Below are positions 1 to 8,797 of a stretch of DNA of 64,000 nucleotides, one piece after another. Both the position numbers and the translations under genes were made by a program. The stretch is from Ruminococcus sp. GTDB lineage: Bacteria; Bacillota; Clostridia; Oscillospirales; Acutalibacteraceae. The notes beneath the pieces are model-generated. The model saw only the letters and a program-made list of their open reading frames with translations. It was not told the DNA's origin and searched no databases. Position 1 is the stretch's first letter, and each line of letters starts with the position of its first letter. The stretch is from the NCBI RefSeq assembly GCF_017403985.1, contig NZ_JAFRDE010000019.1; one strand, written 5' to 3'.

Positions 1-2
1 TG

Positions 3-704
3 ACGGACAACAGAGAGGTGATATCCGAATACATCCGCTCTCCGAAGCTGACCGATCTGCTTAAAGAAAACCTCATGTCCGGCAATTTGCTGACGGCAGT
101 ATCCGCGGCGGCGCAAACGCTGTTTCAGGCGGTGCCGGCAGTCGTTACCTTTGTTGTTATCACTTTTGTGACAACAGTATTTCTGATGCATCATCTGGAC
201 GGTATCCGCGACCGTCTGCTCAGCAGGGCGGGGGAGTACCGTTTCCTGCTCGGCAGGGTCTTTCATATCGCTTATGCGATGGTGAGAAAGTTTCTGCGCT
301 CCTACCTGATCCTGTACGCGATCACCTTTATTGAGGCGGCGCTGATCTTTTATCTGACCGGCACGGAATATCCCCTCGCTTTCGCGTTCATCACCGCCGT
401 AGCGGATATCCTGCCCGTGCTGGGACCCGGTATCGTCTATGTACCGCTTTCAATTGTGTTTATTCTGCAAAAGAATTATATTGCCGGCGTGATCCTGCTT
501 GTATATTTCCTGCTGACCGTGATCCTGCGCCAGATACTCGAACCGCGCATCGTATCGGACAGCGTCAAGGTGCATCCGCTGGTCGTGCTCGCGGCGATCT
601 ATTTCTCGATTGTCAGCATGAATATCTGGGTGCTGTTCTATGTGATCAGCGTTTTTATGGTGTTTCGCGTGCTGAATAGCGCCGGCGTTTTTGAAAAAGG
701 TTGA
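3..704 (+). CDS. AI-2E family transporter (5'-truncated by window edge)
   Basis: Hydrophobic multi-TM ORF with ADILPVLGPG and ILRQILEPRIVSDSVKVHPL motifs typical of the PerM/AI-2E family; frame open from window start. Confidence 0.8.
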   Translation, partial: TDNREVISEYIRSPKLTDLLKENLMSGNLLTAVSAAAQTLFQAVPAVVTFVVITFVTTVFLMHHLDGIRDRLLSRAGEYRFLLGRVFHIAYAMVRKFLRSYLILYAITFIEAALIFYLTGTEYPLAFAFITAVADILPVLGPGIVYVPLSIVFILQKNYIAGVILLVYFLLTVILRQILEPRIVSDSVKVHPLVVLAAIYFSIVSMNIWVLFYVISVFMVFRVLNSAGVFEKG

Positions 705-734
705 TATTTTCATAATATAGAGTATAATAAAATA

Positions 735-806
735 GGCTCCTTTTGGTAAAAGGAGCTGTCGCCGAACGGCGACTGAGGAATTGTATCGTTGTTCGAGCAA
801 AGCGAG
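735..806 (+). repeat. Family A double-hairpin repeat arm with linker motif
   Basis: GGCTCCTTTTGGTAAAAGGAGCTGTCGCCGAACGGCGACTGAGGAATTGTAT...GAGCAAAGCGAG, near-identical to 7224-7297. Confidence 0.85.
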
Positions 807-848
807 TAACTATATAGCTTGATAAATCTGTGCTTTCGGAGGGGTACC

Positions 849-2237
849 ATGAAACAGAGTATCGCATCTTTTTTTGAATCCATCAACGGGAAGCGGATCG
901 CGCTGATCGGCATGGGCCGCAGCCATATGCCGCTGATCCCGCTGTTCACCAAATACGGAGCCGAAGTCATCGCCTGCGACAAGCGCGATGAGGCGGCGTT
1001 GGGCGAGATCGCCGAACAGGCGAAAGCCGACGGCGCGCAGCTGTCCTTAGGCGAGCATTATCTCGATGATCTCGACGTCGATATCGCGCTGAGGACGCCC
1101 GGCATGCGCTTTTACTGCGACGAGCTCAACGCCCTGCGCAGCAAAGGCGTCGTCATCAGCTCCGAGATGGAGATATTCTTCGATATCTGTCCGTGCAAGA
1201 TCTTTGCCGTGACGGGCTCCGACGGTAAGACGACCACCACTTCCGTCATCGCCGAAATGCTGAAGGAGCAGGGTTACACCGTACATATCGGCGGCAACAT
1301 CGGCAAGCCGCTCCTGCCCGAGATCGAGACGATCGCCCCGACGGACGTCTGCGTGGTGGAGCTTTCATCCTTCCAGCTCATCTCTATGCGTCAGAGTCCC
1401 GACGTAGCGGTCGTGACCAACCTCGCGCCCAACCACCTCGATATCCACAAGGACATGGAGGAGTACATCGAGGCAAAGAGAAATATCATTCTTTATCAGA
1501 ATGAAAAACAAAAAGCCGTTCTGAATTACGATAATGAGATCACCCGCTCATTCGACCTGAGCTGTGAGGGAGAGGTCGTCTTCTTCTCCCGCCGCAAGAA
1601 GGTTCACCGCGGTGCGTATCTGGACGGCAGCGTCATCATGTATGCCGAGGAGGGCAAGATCTATGACGTTCTCGATATCCGCGATATCAAAATCCCCGGT
1701 ATGCACAACGTCGAGAATTACATGACCGCGATCTGCGCCGTATGGGGCGAGGTCGGCGTTGACTGCATCCGCAAGGTCGCCCGCGAATTCGGCGGCGTAG
1801 AACACCGCGCGGAGTTCGTACGCGAGCTCGACGGCGTAAAATATTATAACGATTCCATCGCGTCCAGCCCGACCCGTACCGCCAGCGGTACGCTGTCGCT
1901 CTACGATTTCAAGATCATTCTGATCGCGGGCGGCTACGATAAGCACCTCGATTATACCGAGCTCGGCGACGTGATCTGCGACAAGGTCAAGATCGCGATC
2001 CTGATGGGCGCGACCGCCGATAAGATCGAGACGGCGATCCGGAATTCGCCGAAATACACAGAGGGCAATCCCGTCATCTTCCGCGTCAAGGATATGGCTC
2101 AGGCGGTACAGTGCGCGCATGAAAACGCCGTTGACGGCGATATCGTTTCGATGTCTCCCGCGTCCGCGAGCTTTGATCTGTACAAGGATTTTGACGCGCG
2201 CGGCAAGCATTTCAAAGAGCTGGTCAACGCCTTATGA
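849..2237 (+). CDS. murD: UDP-N-acetylmuramoyl-L-alanine--D-glutamate ligase
   Basis: GSDGKTTT P-loop, VELSSFQL, HRAEFV, YNDSIAS, SPASASFD motifs; ATG at 849 after GGAGGGG. Confidence 0.95.
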   Translation: MKQSIASFFESINGKRIALIGMGRSHMPLIPLFTKYGAEVIACDKRDEAALGEIAEQAKADGAQLSLGEHYLDDLDVDIALRTPGMRFYCDELNALRSKGVVISSEMEIFFDICPCKIFAVTGSDGKTTTTSVIAEMLKEQGYTVHIGGNIGKPLLPEIETIAPTDVCVVELSSFQLISMRQSPDVAVVTNLAPNHLDIHKDMEEYIEAKRNIILYQNEKQKAVLNYDNEITRSFDLSCEGEVVFFSRRKKVHRGAYLDGSVIMYAEEGKIYDVLDIRDIKIPGMHNVENYMTAICAVWGEVGVDCIRKVAREFGGVEHRAEFVRELDGVKYYNDSIASSPTRTASGTLSLYDFKIILIAGGYDKHLDYTELGDVICDKVKIAILMGATADKIETAIRNSPKYTEGNPVIFRVKDMAQAVQCAHENAVDGDIVSMSPASASFDLYKDFDARGKHFKELVNAL

Positions 2238-3034
2238 TCCGTGAGGCAAGCGGCGAACAGCTGAACGCCCTGCGCACAACCGATCCGTTTTATACCCGTA
2301 TCCTCTCGCTGTACGAAAGCTACGGCGGAGGATATGATTTTGTCGGCTTCTGGGTACAGGAGACCGACGGCGATATCGTGTCCGCGATCTCCCGCTTTGA
2401 GGACAAGTTCAGCCTGTATCTTACTGAAAAATCCGACCTCGAAGAGGTTGCCGCGTTCCTGCGTTTTCAGGGCGCGGTAGCTATTATGGCTGACGACCGT
2501 TTTCAGTTGGATACCGAAGCAGGACAGGCGATTACGGGACAAGTCCTGCGCTATACGGGAGAGCATTATAATTCTGATTTGGAATTATATTCACCCGAGA
2601 TCAAGCCGCTGTACGCCCTGCTGCAAAGCTGTGAGAGCGAGATTTTCCGCGTGCCGGAATACATGAGTTTTCTGTCCGACGTGACCCACCGCCGCAACCG
2701 CGGCAAAAGCACGATCCTCGGTACAAATGCGGACGGAACGATCGCGTCCGCGGTGATGACGGTGAGTGAAACCGAAGAAGCCGCGATCCTCGGTGCGGTA
2801 GCGACCCATCCCGATTACCGCCGCAGAGGACTCTCCCGCGAGCTGGTACGCACCCTCGCTTCACGGATCAAGGAGCAGGGGAGAGAGGTCTATGTGTTCA
2901 GCGCGAGCGACGCGAATACAAGATTCTATCAGAATTCCGGCTTTGAGATCGTTGCCGGATTCAGAGAGTATATTCAGCCTTCCCTTCGAGGGGAAGGTGT
3001 CACCGTTAAGGTGACTGAGGGATTGAATAAATAG
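2234..3034 (+). CDS. GNAT family N-acetyltransferase
   Basis: C-terminal GAVATHPDYRRRGLS acetyl-CoA motif and RFYQNSGF; ATGA overlap with murD. Confidence 0.8.
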   Translation: MIREASGEQLNALRTTDPFYTRILSLYESYGGGYDFVGFWVQETDGDIVSAISRFEDKFSLYLTEKSDLEEVAAFLRFQGAVAIMADDRFQLDTEAGQAITGQVLRYTGEHYNSDLELYSPEIKPLYALLQSCESEIFRVPEYMSFLSDVTHRRNRGKSTILGTNADGTIASAVMTVSETEEAAILGAVATHPDYRRRGLSRELVRTLASRIKEQGREVYVFSASDANTRFYQNSGFEIVAGFREYIQPSLRGEGVTVKVTEGLNK

Positions 3035-3137
3035 AGCGAAGCGACCAACCAAATTTATCGGTTACTCGTTCCGCTCGGACAATTATACAATCCCTCCACC
3101 GCTGATCGCGGTCCCCCTCCCTTTACCAAAGGGAGGC
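2977..3137. repeat. Family A repeat, two inverted arms (2977-3025 and ~3088-3137)
   Basis: GCCTTCCCTTCGAGGGGAAGGTGTCACCGTTAAGGTGACTGAGGGATTG paired with CAATCCCTCCACCGC..GCGGTCCCCCTCCCTTTACCAAAGGGAGGC. Confidence 0.8.
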
Positions 3138-3154
3138 GAATGAGAGGAGAACAT

Positions 3155-4411
3155 ATGAAAAACTTATTCAACATCGATGAAAAAATCCTCGCCGCCGCCG
3201 ACAAGGCGATGGCGATGTGTAAAGAGCATTTTGAAGAGATCGAACGCGTCAAGGAGTTTCAGCAGCAGAAGATGCTTAAGGCGTTTCAGGAATACAACGT
3301 GAGCGAATCCATGTTCGCGGGCTCGACGGGCTACGGCTACGATGACCGCGGACGCGACACCCTCGATAAGATCTACGCCTACGTTTTCGACGCTGAGGAC
3401 GCGCTGGCGCGCCAGCATTTTCTGAGCGGCACCCACACCCTGACGGTCGCGCTGTTCGGCATGCTGCGCCCGGGGGACGAGATGCTCTGCGTCACCGGTA
3501 CGCCCTACGATACCATCCAGCCCGTGATCGGCATTACGCCGTGCAACGGTTCTTTGCGGGATTTCGGCGTGAAATACAGCGAGGTTGCGCTCCTGCCCGA
3601 CGGTACGGTGGATTTGGAAGGCGTCAAAAATTCGGTTTCCGAAAAGAAACCGAAGATGGTTTACATCCAGCGCTCCAAGGGCTACGCCCTGCGCCCCTCG
3701 CTGAGGAATAAGGAGATCAAAGCGATTTGCGATATCGTCAAGCCTCTGTCGCCCGAAACCATCATCATGCTCGACAACTGCTACGGCGAATTCACCGAGT
3801 ACGAGTCGCCGATCACCCTCGGCGTGGATATTATGGCTGGCTCCATGATCAAGAACGCCGGCGGCGGCATCGCGCCTACCGGCGGTTATATCGCCGGCAG
3901 AGCCGACCTGATCGAGCTGTGCGCTTTCCGACTGACCTCGCCCGGAACCGGACGCGAACTCGGATGTACGCTCGGCGTGCTCCGAGAAATGTACCTCGGA
4001 GCCTATCACGCGCCGGTCGCGACCGCCGAAGCGATCAAGACCGCCGTCTTCGCCTCGGCGCTGTTCGAGGTGCTCGGCTACGATGTGGAGCCGAGTTATC
4101 AAAAGAAGCGCGGCGACATCATCGACGTTATCACCCTCGGCTCGCCCGAGAAGATGTGCGCCTTCTGCCGCGGTATCCAGAGCGGATCGCCCATCGACAG
4201 CTTTGTCGCCCCGCAGCCCTCGCCGATGCCCGGTTACGACAGCGAGGTCATCATGGCGGCGGGCGCCTTCACCCTCGGCTCGTCGATCGAGATCAGCGCC
4301 GACGGCCCGCTCAGAGAGCCCTACGCCGTTTACTTACAGGGCGGCATCTCTTTCGCGACGGCGAAGCTCAGCGTCATGCTCGCTGCGCAGGAAGTCGAAA
4401 AAGTTCAATAA
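3155..4411 (+). CDS. ynbB: YnbB-like methionine gamma-lyase family (aluminium resistance) PLP protein
   Basis: GSTGYGYDDRGRDTL, IQRSKGY, DNCYGEF, GSMIKNAGGG motifs. Confidence 0.88.
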   Translation: MKNLFNIDEKILAAADKAMAMCKEHFEEIERVKEFQQQKMLKAFQEYNVSESMFAGSTGYGYDDRGRDTLDKIYAYVFDAEDALARQHFLSGTHTLTVALFGMLRPGDEMLCVTGTPYDTIQPVIGITPCNGSLRDFGVKYSEVALLPDGTVDLEGVKNSVSEKKPKMVYIQRSKGYALRPSLRNKEIKAICDIVKPLSPETIIMLDNCYGEFTEYESPITLGVDIMAGSMIKNAGGGIAPTGGYIAGRADLIELCAFRLTSPGTGRELGCTLGVLREMYLGAYHAPVATAEAIKTAVFASALFEVLGYDVEPSYQKKRGDIIDVITLGSPEKMCAFCRGIQSGSPIDSFVAPQPSPMPGYDSEVIMAAGAFTLGSSIEISADGPLREPYAVYLQGGISFATAKLSVMLAAQEVEKVQ

Positions 4412-4418
4412 GCAAAGC

Positions 4419-4453
4419 AAAAAGGTCTGCTTCATTTTTGAGGCAGACCTTTT
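4419..4453. terminator. Bidirectional intrinsic terminator between ynbB and toxin
   Basis: AAAAAGGTCTGCTTC-loop-GAGGCAGACCTTTT between convergent stop codons. Confidence 0.75.
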
Positions 4454-4758
4454 CATTGAAAGATAATATGCATATAGTTTGTCCTTGCGTTTCGGATACG
4501 AATGACATAGACGGCGTTTTTGTCAGTTTTGTAAAACGCAATATGATGATCGATAATGAGATAACGTATATCCGTTTCTCTGTTGACTTTTTCGCTTAAT
4601 GCTGCACCGAGCAAAGGATTATCCTTCAGCAGCGCACAGCCTTTCAAAATCCTCTGTGTGACGTTTTCGGCAGCAATGGGATTCTGCAGGTTATCACGGA
4701 TATATGCTTTGATTTCTCTGAGGTCGGTTCTTGCCTGCGGCGAATAAATCAATCTCAT
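4453..4758 (-). CDS. Type II toxin, RelE/ParE superfamily
   Basis: 101 aa; YSPQARTDLREIKAYI...NPLLG...IAFY...VIRI pattern; overlaps antitoxin stop by 4 nt. Confidence 0.85.
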   Translation of the reverse strand: MRLIYSPQARTDLREIKAYIRDNLQNPIAAENVTQRILKGCALLKDNPLLGAALSEKVNRETDIRYLIIDHHIAFYKTDKNAVYVIRIRNARTNYMHIIFQ

Positions 4759-5072
4759 GAGTTGACACCGAACTCAGCGATCATATCGTCTTCCGAAATC
4801 CAATCGCTTTCCGACTGCACGGATTCTTCTCCGGCTTTTAATTCAGCCATCAACAGTGCGACAGCCTGTTCCCTCAGTACTTTATCGCCGTCTTTAGTCA
4901 GCAGAAACGGCAGACCGCCTACATTGATCGTTTGTTGCAGAAAAGCGTTGAACGCTTCAGTCAGGGTCAAACCACAGTCGGATAGTATTCCCTCGACAAC
5001 CTTTTTGACTTCCGGATTGATCCGTGCCTGAAAGGTAGATGTTTTAGGTGCGTTAGCTACATTGATATTCAT
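4755..5072 (-). CDS. Type II antitoxin, RelB/DinJ-like
   Basis: TFQARINPEVK..GLTLTEAFNAFLQQ...GGLPF N-terminus plus acidic C-terminus; upstream of toxin. Confidence 0.85.
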   Translation of the reverse strand: MNINVANAPKTSTFQARINPEVKKVVEGILSDCGLTLTEAFNAFLQQTINVGGLPFLLTKDGDKVLREQAVALLMAELKAGEESVQSESDWISEDDMIAEFGVNS

Positions 5073-5090
5073 GGTATCGCTCCTTTTGGA

Positions 5091-5132
5091 TTATTATATA
5101 ATAAGTATAACCAACGGAACGCCAAATGTCAA
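5091..5132 (-). promoter_or_regulatory. sigmaA promoter of the TA operon plus palindromic operator candidate
   Basis: Minus strand TTGACA(5132-5127)-17 nt-TATACT(5109-5104); perfect palindrome TTATTATATAATAA at 5091-5104. Confidence 0.7.
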
Positions 5133-5195
5133 TACATTGTCACTACGTGAAACGATAATTATATTGTAAACGCAAGAAAAGGATTGATCACAGAT

Positions 5196-5537
5196 TTAAG
5201 ATACTGTAATATACGGCGCGATCCTTTCATAGGTCTTCTTTCCGACGCCCTCGACCTGCATAATCTCTTCTGCCGAGGTGAATGCGCCGTGCTCCTCGCG
5301 ATAGGCGACGATGCTTTGCGCCTGCTTCTCGGAAACCCCTGAAAGCTCGTTGAGCTCTTCGGCGGAGGCGGTATTGATGTTGACCGGCTCGATCTCCATC
5401 GCGTCGATCTCCTGCGGCGTGTAGCCGCGCGGCGGCGCCTGATAAGCCAAGTGGCTGAACAGCACCACGCCGATCACCGCGATCAGCCCGACCGCGCCGA
5501 TGATCCAAATGAGTTTACCGTTTTTGAAACGCTTCAT
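5196..5537 (-). CDS. comEA: ComEA-like helix-hairpin-helix DNA-binding protein
   Basis: N-terminal TM, then VNINTASAEELNELSGV..IVAYREEHGAF..VEGVGKKTYE HhH motifs. Confidence 0.85.
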   Translation of the reverse strand: MKRFKNGKLIWIIGAVGLIAVIGVVLFSHLAYQAPPRGYTPQEIDAMEIEPVNINTASAEELNELSGVSEKQAQSIVAYREEHGAFTSAEEIMQVEGVGKKTYERIAPYITVS

Positions 5538-5546
5538 AAGCCGTCA

Positions 5547-5990
5547 TTATCTCAGCCTTTTGAAAAAGTCGCTGAGTATCTGCCCGCACGCTTCCTGCAT
5601 CACGCCGCCCCGATAGGACGGATGAAATGCCAGCGGCAGGTTCAGGATATCCGCGACGGAACCGCAGCAGCCGTTCTTCGGATCGTACGCGCCGAAGTAG
5701 ACCTGCGGGATCCGCGCGTTGACGATCGCGCCCGCGCACATCGGACAGGGCTCGAGCGTGACGTACAGCTCACATTCCCACAGCCGCCAGCCGCCCAAAC
5801 GCTCACAGGCTTCATTGATCGCTTCCAGTTCCGCGTGACACAGTGCGTTTTTATTCTTTTCACGGCGGTTTCTGCCTTCGCCGACGATCTCGCCTTTTCT
5901 CACGACGACCGCGCCGACCGGCACCTCGCCGTCGTCAAAGGCTTCCTGCGCGAGCATGAGCGCCCGTTCCATCATGCGTTCGTCCATCAT
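5547..5990 (-). CDS. tadA: tRNA adenosine(34) deaminase
   Basis: EVPVGAV, HAE and TLEPCPMCAGA zinc motifs. Confidence 0.92.
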   Translation of the reverse strand: MMDERMMERALMLAQEAFDDGEVPVGAVVVRKGEIVGEGRNRREKNKNALCHAELEAINEACERLGGWRLWECELYVTLEPCPMCAGAIVNARIPQVYFGAYDPKNGCCGSVADILNLPLAFHPSYRGGVMQEACGQILSDFFKRLR

Positions 5991-7168
5991 GAGATCCCGG
6001 AAAACAGGACAAAAGCGCAGTACAGTATCATCACCACGGTGAAGGTGATCAGGGTGGGAGAGGTCACCGTGAGCTTGACCTTGCTTTTGAAGGGGATCAC
6101 ATCGTTGCCGTTTTCAAGGTCAAAGTATCGGTTGTCCTTGATCTTGATAATTCCTTTAAGGAAAATAAATGACAAAATGCCGGTAACGGCGAAGATAACG
6201 CCGTAGCACAGATTCGCCTGCGCTTCGGTCAGGATATTATAGGATATCAGGACGTCGGACAGCACCGACAGACCGTTGTTCAGGAAATGGATGATGATGG
6301 ACGGCAGCAGCGAATTGGTTTTGATATCGATATAGGCGAAGACCAGTCCGCAGCAGAAAGTGAACGGCAGCTGTACGAAGTTGCCGTGCATCAGCGCGAA
6401 GGTCGCGGAGGATACCAGGATCGCCAGACCGGCGGAATAGGGGCGAAGGATACCCATAATGATACCGCGGAAAGCGAACTCCTCCACAAAGGCGGGCAGG
6501 ATCGCTACCGTCAGAAAATACAGCAGGATGTTCGGCTGACTGCCTGCGTCAATGCTGCCGCCGCTGTTCTCGATCCCGAAGAGCCCGAAGGTGTTGTTGA
6601 GCAGATCGACGACATAATTGCTCGCCAGTGAAAAGCTCAGTCCGATCACGCAGAGCTTTGTCAGATAGCCCGCGCCGATCTTGTCAAAGGGAAAGATCTC
6701 GGCAAAGCTGACGCGCTTGATCAGACAGTAGATCAGACCCGCGACGAAAAAGATCATCATGGACAGCATGCCGTTTTCCAGCAGGAACAGCGGGCTTGAT
6801 TCGGAAAGCTCAGAGCTTCCGACAAAAGAAGCGATCAGCGTGGTGATCACGCCGAGAACGAGCTCCAGTCCGAAGAAGACCAGCATCAGCCCGCCCAGAC
6901 CGTTCACGGTTTTTCTGAGCTTACGCTCGTAGTTGTATGTTTGCTGCTGTTCCGGCGTCATTCGGGGAGGGGCATAGCGCACGGGCACGTATTGCTGTAC
7001 CGGGACCTGCCTGATAGGGTATTGCTGCACAGGGTATTGCTGTACAGGCGGCTGCGGCGGATATTGCTGCGGCGCCTGCTGCGGCGGATATTGCTGAGGA
7101 CGGTACTGCTGAGGCTGTCCGTAATATGGCTGACCGCCCGGATAGGATTGCTGAGGATTGTATTGCAC
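5987..7168 (-). CDS. CPBP (CAAX/Abi) intramembrane metalloprotease with Q/P/Y-rich N-terminus
   Basis: EEFAFRG, FALMH and IHFLNN motifs; GTG start after GGAGG. Confidence 0.88.
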   Translation of the reverse strand: MQYNPQQSYPGGQPYYGQPQQYRPQQYPPQQAPQQYPPQPPVQQYPVQQYPIRQVPVQQYVPVRYAPPRMTPEQQQTYNYERKLRKTVNGLGGLMLVFFGLELVLGVITTLIASFVGSSELSESSPLFLLENGMLSMMIFFVAGLIYCLIKRVSFAEIFPFDKIGAGYLTKLCVIGLSFSLASNYVVDLLNNTFGLFGIENSGGSIDAGSQPNILLYFLTVAILPAFVEEFAFRGIIMGILRPYSAGLAILVSSATFALMHGNFVQLPFTFCCGLVFAYIDIKTNSLLPSIIIHFLNNGLSVLSDVLISYNILTEAQANLCYGVIFAVTGILSFIFLKGIIKIKDNRYFDLENGNDVIPFKSKVKLTVTSPTLITFTVVMILYCAFVLFSGIS

Positions 7169-7223
7169 GAATGGATTCCTCCGTCAAAATCGTAATATGT
7201 CTCAATGTCATTAAGTTAAGGAA

Positions 7224-7297
7224 GGCTCCTTTTGGGAAAAGGAGCTGTCGCCCGTTGGCGACTGAGGAATTGTATCAATTGACCGAGCGTCAGCGAG
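7224..7297 (+). repeat. Family A repeat arm with linker motif
   Basis: GGCTCCTTTTGGGAAAAGGAGCTGTCGCCCGTTGGCGACTGAGGAATTGTATCAATTGACCGAGCGTCAGCGAG. Confidence 0.85.
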
Positions 7298-7384
7298 ATA
7301 CTATTTCCTTAACTTAACGGCACTGAATATGTCTGCATTTTTCAGCTTTAACTATCATAATACAAAAATTTGCAAAAATAATTC

Positions 7385-7413
7385 TTGACAAACAATATGG
7401 AAGATATTATAAT
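7385..7413 (+). promoter_or_regulatory. sigmaA promoter of infC-rpmI-rplT
   Basis: TTGACA(7385)-17 nt-TATAAT(7408), perfect consensus. Confidence 0.85.
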
Positions 7414-7419
7414 ACATAA

Positions 7420-7545
7420 CGAAAACAAAGTAAAGCGACATGGCTTTCACCTGTGGGGTATCGTCTGCACGGGTCAATACGGACCGGGGATCATTCCCTT
7501 ATCTTTGTATTGCACGCGGACGGAGCCATCTGTCCGCGATTTTTG
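7420..7545 (+). ncRNA. Probable L20 leader (ribosomal protein autoregulatory RNA) with terminator
   Basis: Lies between promoter and infC; AAGTAAAGCG...CTTTCACCTG segment; ends in CGCGGACGG-loop-CTGTCCGCG-ATTTTT; this position is the known site of L20 leaders in Firmicutes. Confidence 0.65.
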
Positions 7546-7573
7546 TTATCTGAATCTTTGGAGGTGCTTACTT

Positions 7574-8104
7574 ATCAGCAAGCAGGAACCGCAAATCAAT
7601 GAGGAAATCCGTGACAAAGAGTTACGCGTAATCGGTGCCGACGGCACACAGCTCGGCATCATGTCGGCTGCCGACGCCCAGCGCATCGCAGACGAAAAGA
7701 ATCTCGATCTCGTGAAGATCGCTCCCCAGGCGACGCCGCCCGTGTGCAAGATCATGGACTACGGCAAGTATCGCTTTGAGCAGAACAAGCGCGAGAAAGA
7801 AGCGAGAAAGAACCAGCATACCGTCGAGGTCAAGGAGATCAAGCTCTCGCTGAATATCGACACCCACGACTTTAACACCAAGCTCAAGAACGCGTTGAAG
7901 TTCTTCGCCCACGGTGATAAGGTCAAGGTTTCTATCCGCTTCCGCGGCCGTGAAATGGGTCATTCCGAGTACGGCTACGATCTGATGAAGAGATTTGCCG
8001 ACGCGTGCGCGGAGGTCGCCAACATCGAACGCCCCGCGAAGCTCGAGGGTCGCCAGATGCTCATGTTTATGGCTCCCAAGCCCAATAAGCCCGCCAAACA
8101 GTAA
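7574..8104 (+). CDS. infC: Translation initiation factor IF-3 (non-canonical ATC start)
   Basis: QINEEIRDKELRVI, PPVCKIMDYGKYRFE, KVSIRFRGRE; GGAGGTG RBS 7 nt before in-frame ATC at 7574. Confidence 0.95.
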   Translation: MSKQEPQINEEIRDKELRVIGADGTQLGIMSAADAQRIADEKNLDLVKIAPQATPPVCKIMDYGKYRFEQNKREKEARKNQHTVEVKEIKLSLNIDTHDFNTKLKNALKFFAHGDKVKVSIRFRGREMGHSEYGYDLMKRFADACAEVANIERPAKLEGRQMLMFMAPKPNKPAKQ

Positions 8105-8158
8105 TACCGTTTCCCTGCGGGGACGGTACAAGAAGTATTTCAAAGGAGGATTATTAAT

Positions 8159-8356
8159 ATGCCTAAGATCAAAACACACAGCGGAGCGAAGAAGCGCTTC
8201 AAACTGACAAAGAACGGTAAGGTTATCCGCGCTCACGCGAATAAGAGCCATATCCTGAACAAGAAGACCACCAAGCGTAAAAGAGGTCTGAGAAAGACTA
8301 CCGTCGCTGACAAGACCAACGTAGCTCAGGTTAAGCGCCTGATCCCCTACAAGTAA
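8159..8356 (+). CDS. rpmI: 50S ribosomal protein L35
   Basis: [17 protein letters not shown] signature. Confidence 0.97.
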   Translation: MPKIKTHSGAKKRFKLTKNGKVIRAHANKSHILNKKTTKRKRGLRKTTVADKTNVAQVKRLIPYK

Positions 8357-8399
8357 TATCGCTTGATTTTTAACTAAGAATTTTCGGAGGTAATGATAA

Positions 8400-8750
8400 A
8401 TGGCACGTATTAAAGGCGCGATGATGACTCGCAAGAGAAGAAAGAAAACATTAAAGCTCGCTAAGGGCTATTACGGTGCAAAGAGTAAGCACTTTAAGAT
8501 GGCGAAGCAGCAGGTGATGAAGAGCGGTAACTACGCTTACATCGGCCGCAAGCAGAAGAAGAGAGATTTCCGCAGACTGTGGATCACCCGTATCTCCGCC
8601 GGCTGCAAAGCTAACGGCACCAACTACTCTACCTTTATGAACGGTCTGAAGAAAGCCGGCATCACCCTGAACCGCAAGGTTCTGTCCGAGATCGCGATCT
8701 CCGATCCCGCCGCTTTCACCGCTCTCGTAGAGCAGGTAAAGAACTCTTAA
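8400..8750 (+). CDS. rplT: 50S ribosomal protein L20
   Basis: [26 protein letters not shown] signature. Confidence 0.97.
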   Translation: MARIKGAMMTRKRRKKTLKLAKGYYGAKSKHFKMAKQQVMKSGNYAYIGRKQKKRDFRRLWITRISAGCKANGTNYSTFMNGLKKAGITLNRKVLSEIAISDPAAFTALVEQVKNS

Positions 8751-8763
8751 ATAAGCTATAACT

Positions 8764-8790
8764 GCGTTTGGGTAACCCCCAAACGCTTTT
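8764..8790 (+). terminator. Intrinsic terminator after rplT
   Basis: GCGTTTGGG-TAACC-CCCAAACGC-TTTT. Confidence 0.8.
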
Positions 8791-8797
8791 ATATTTG

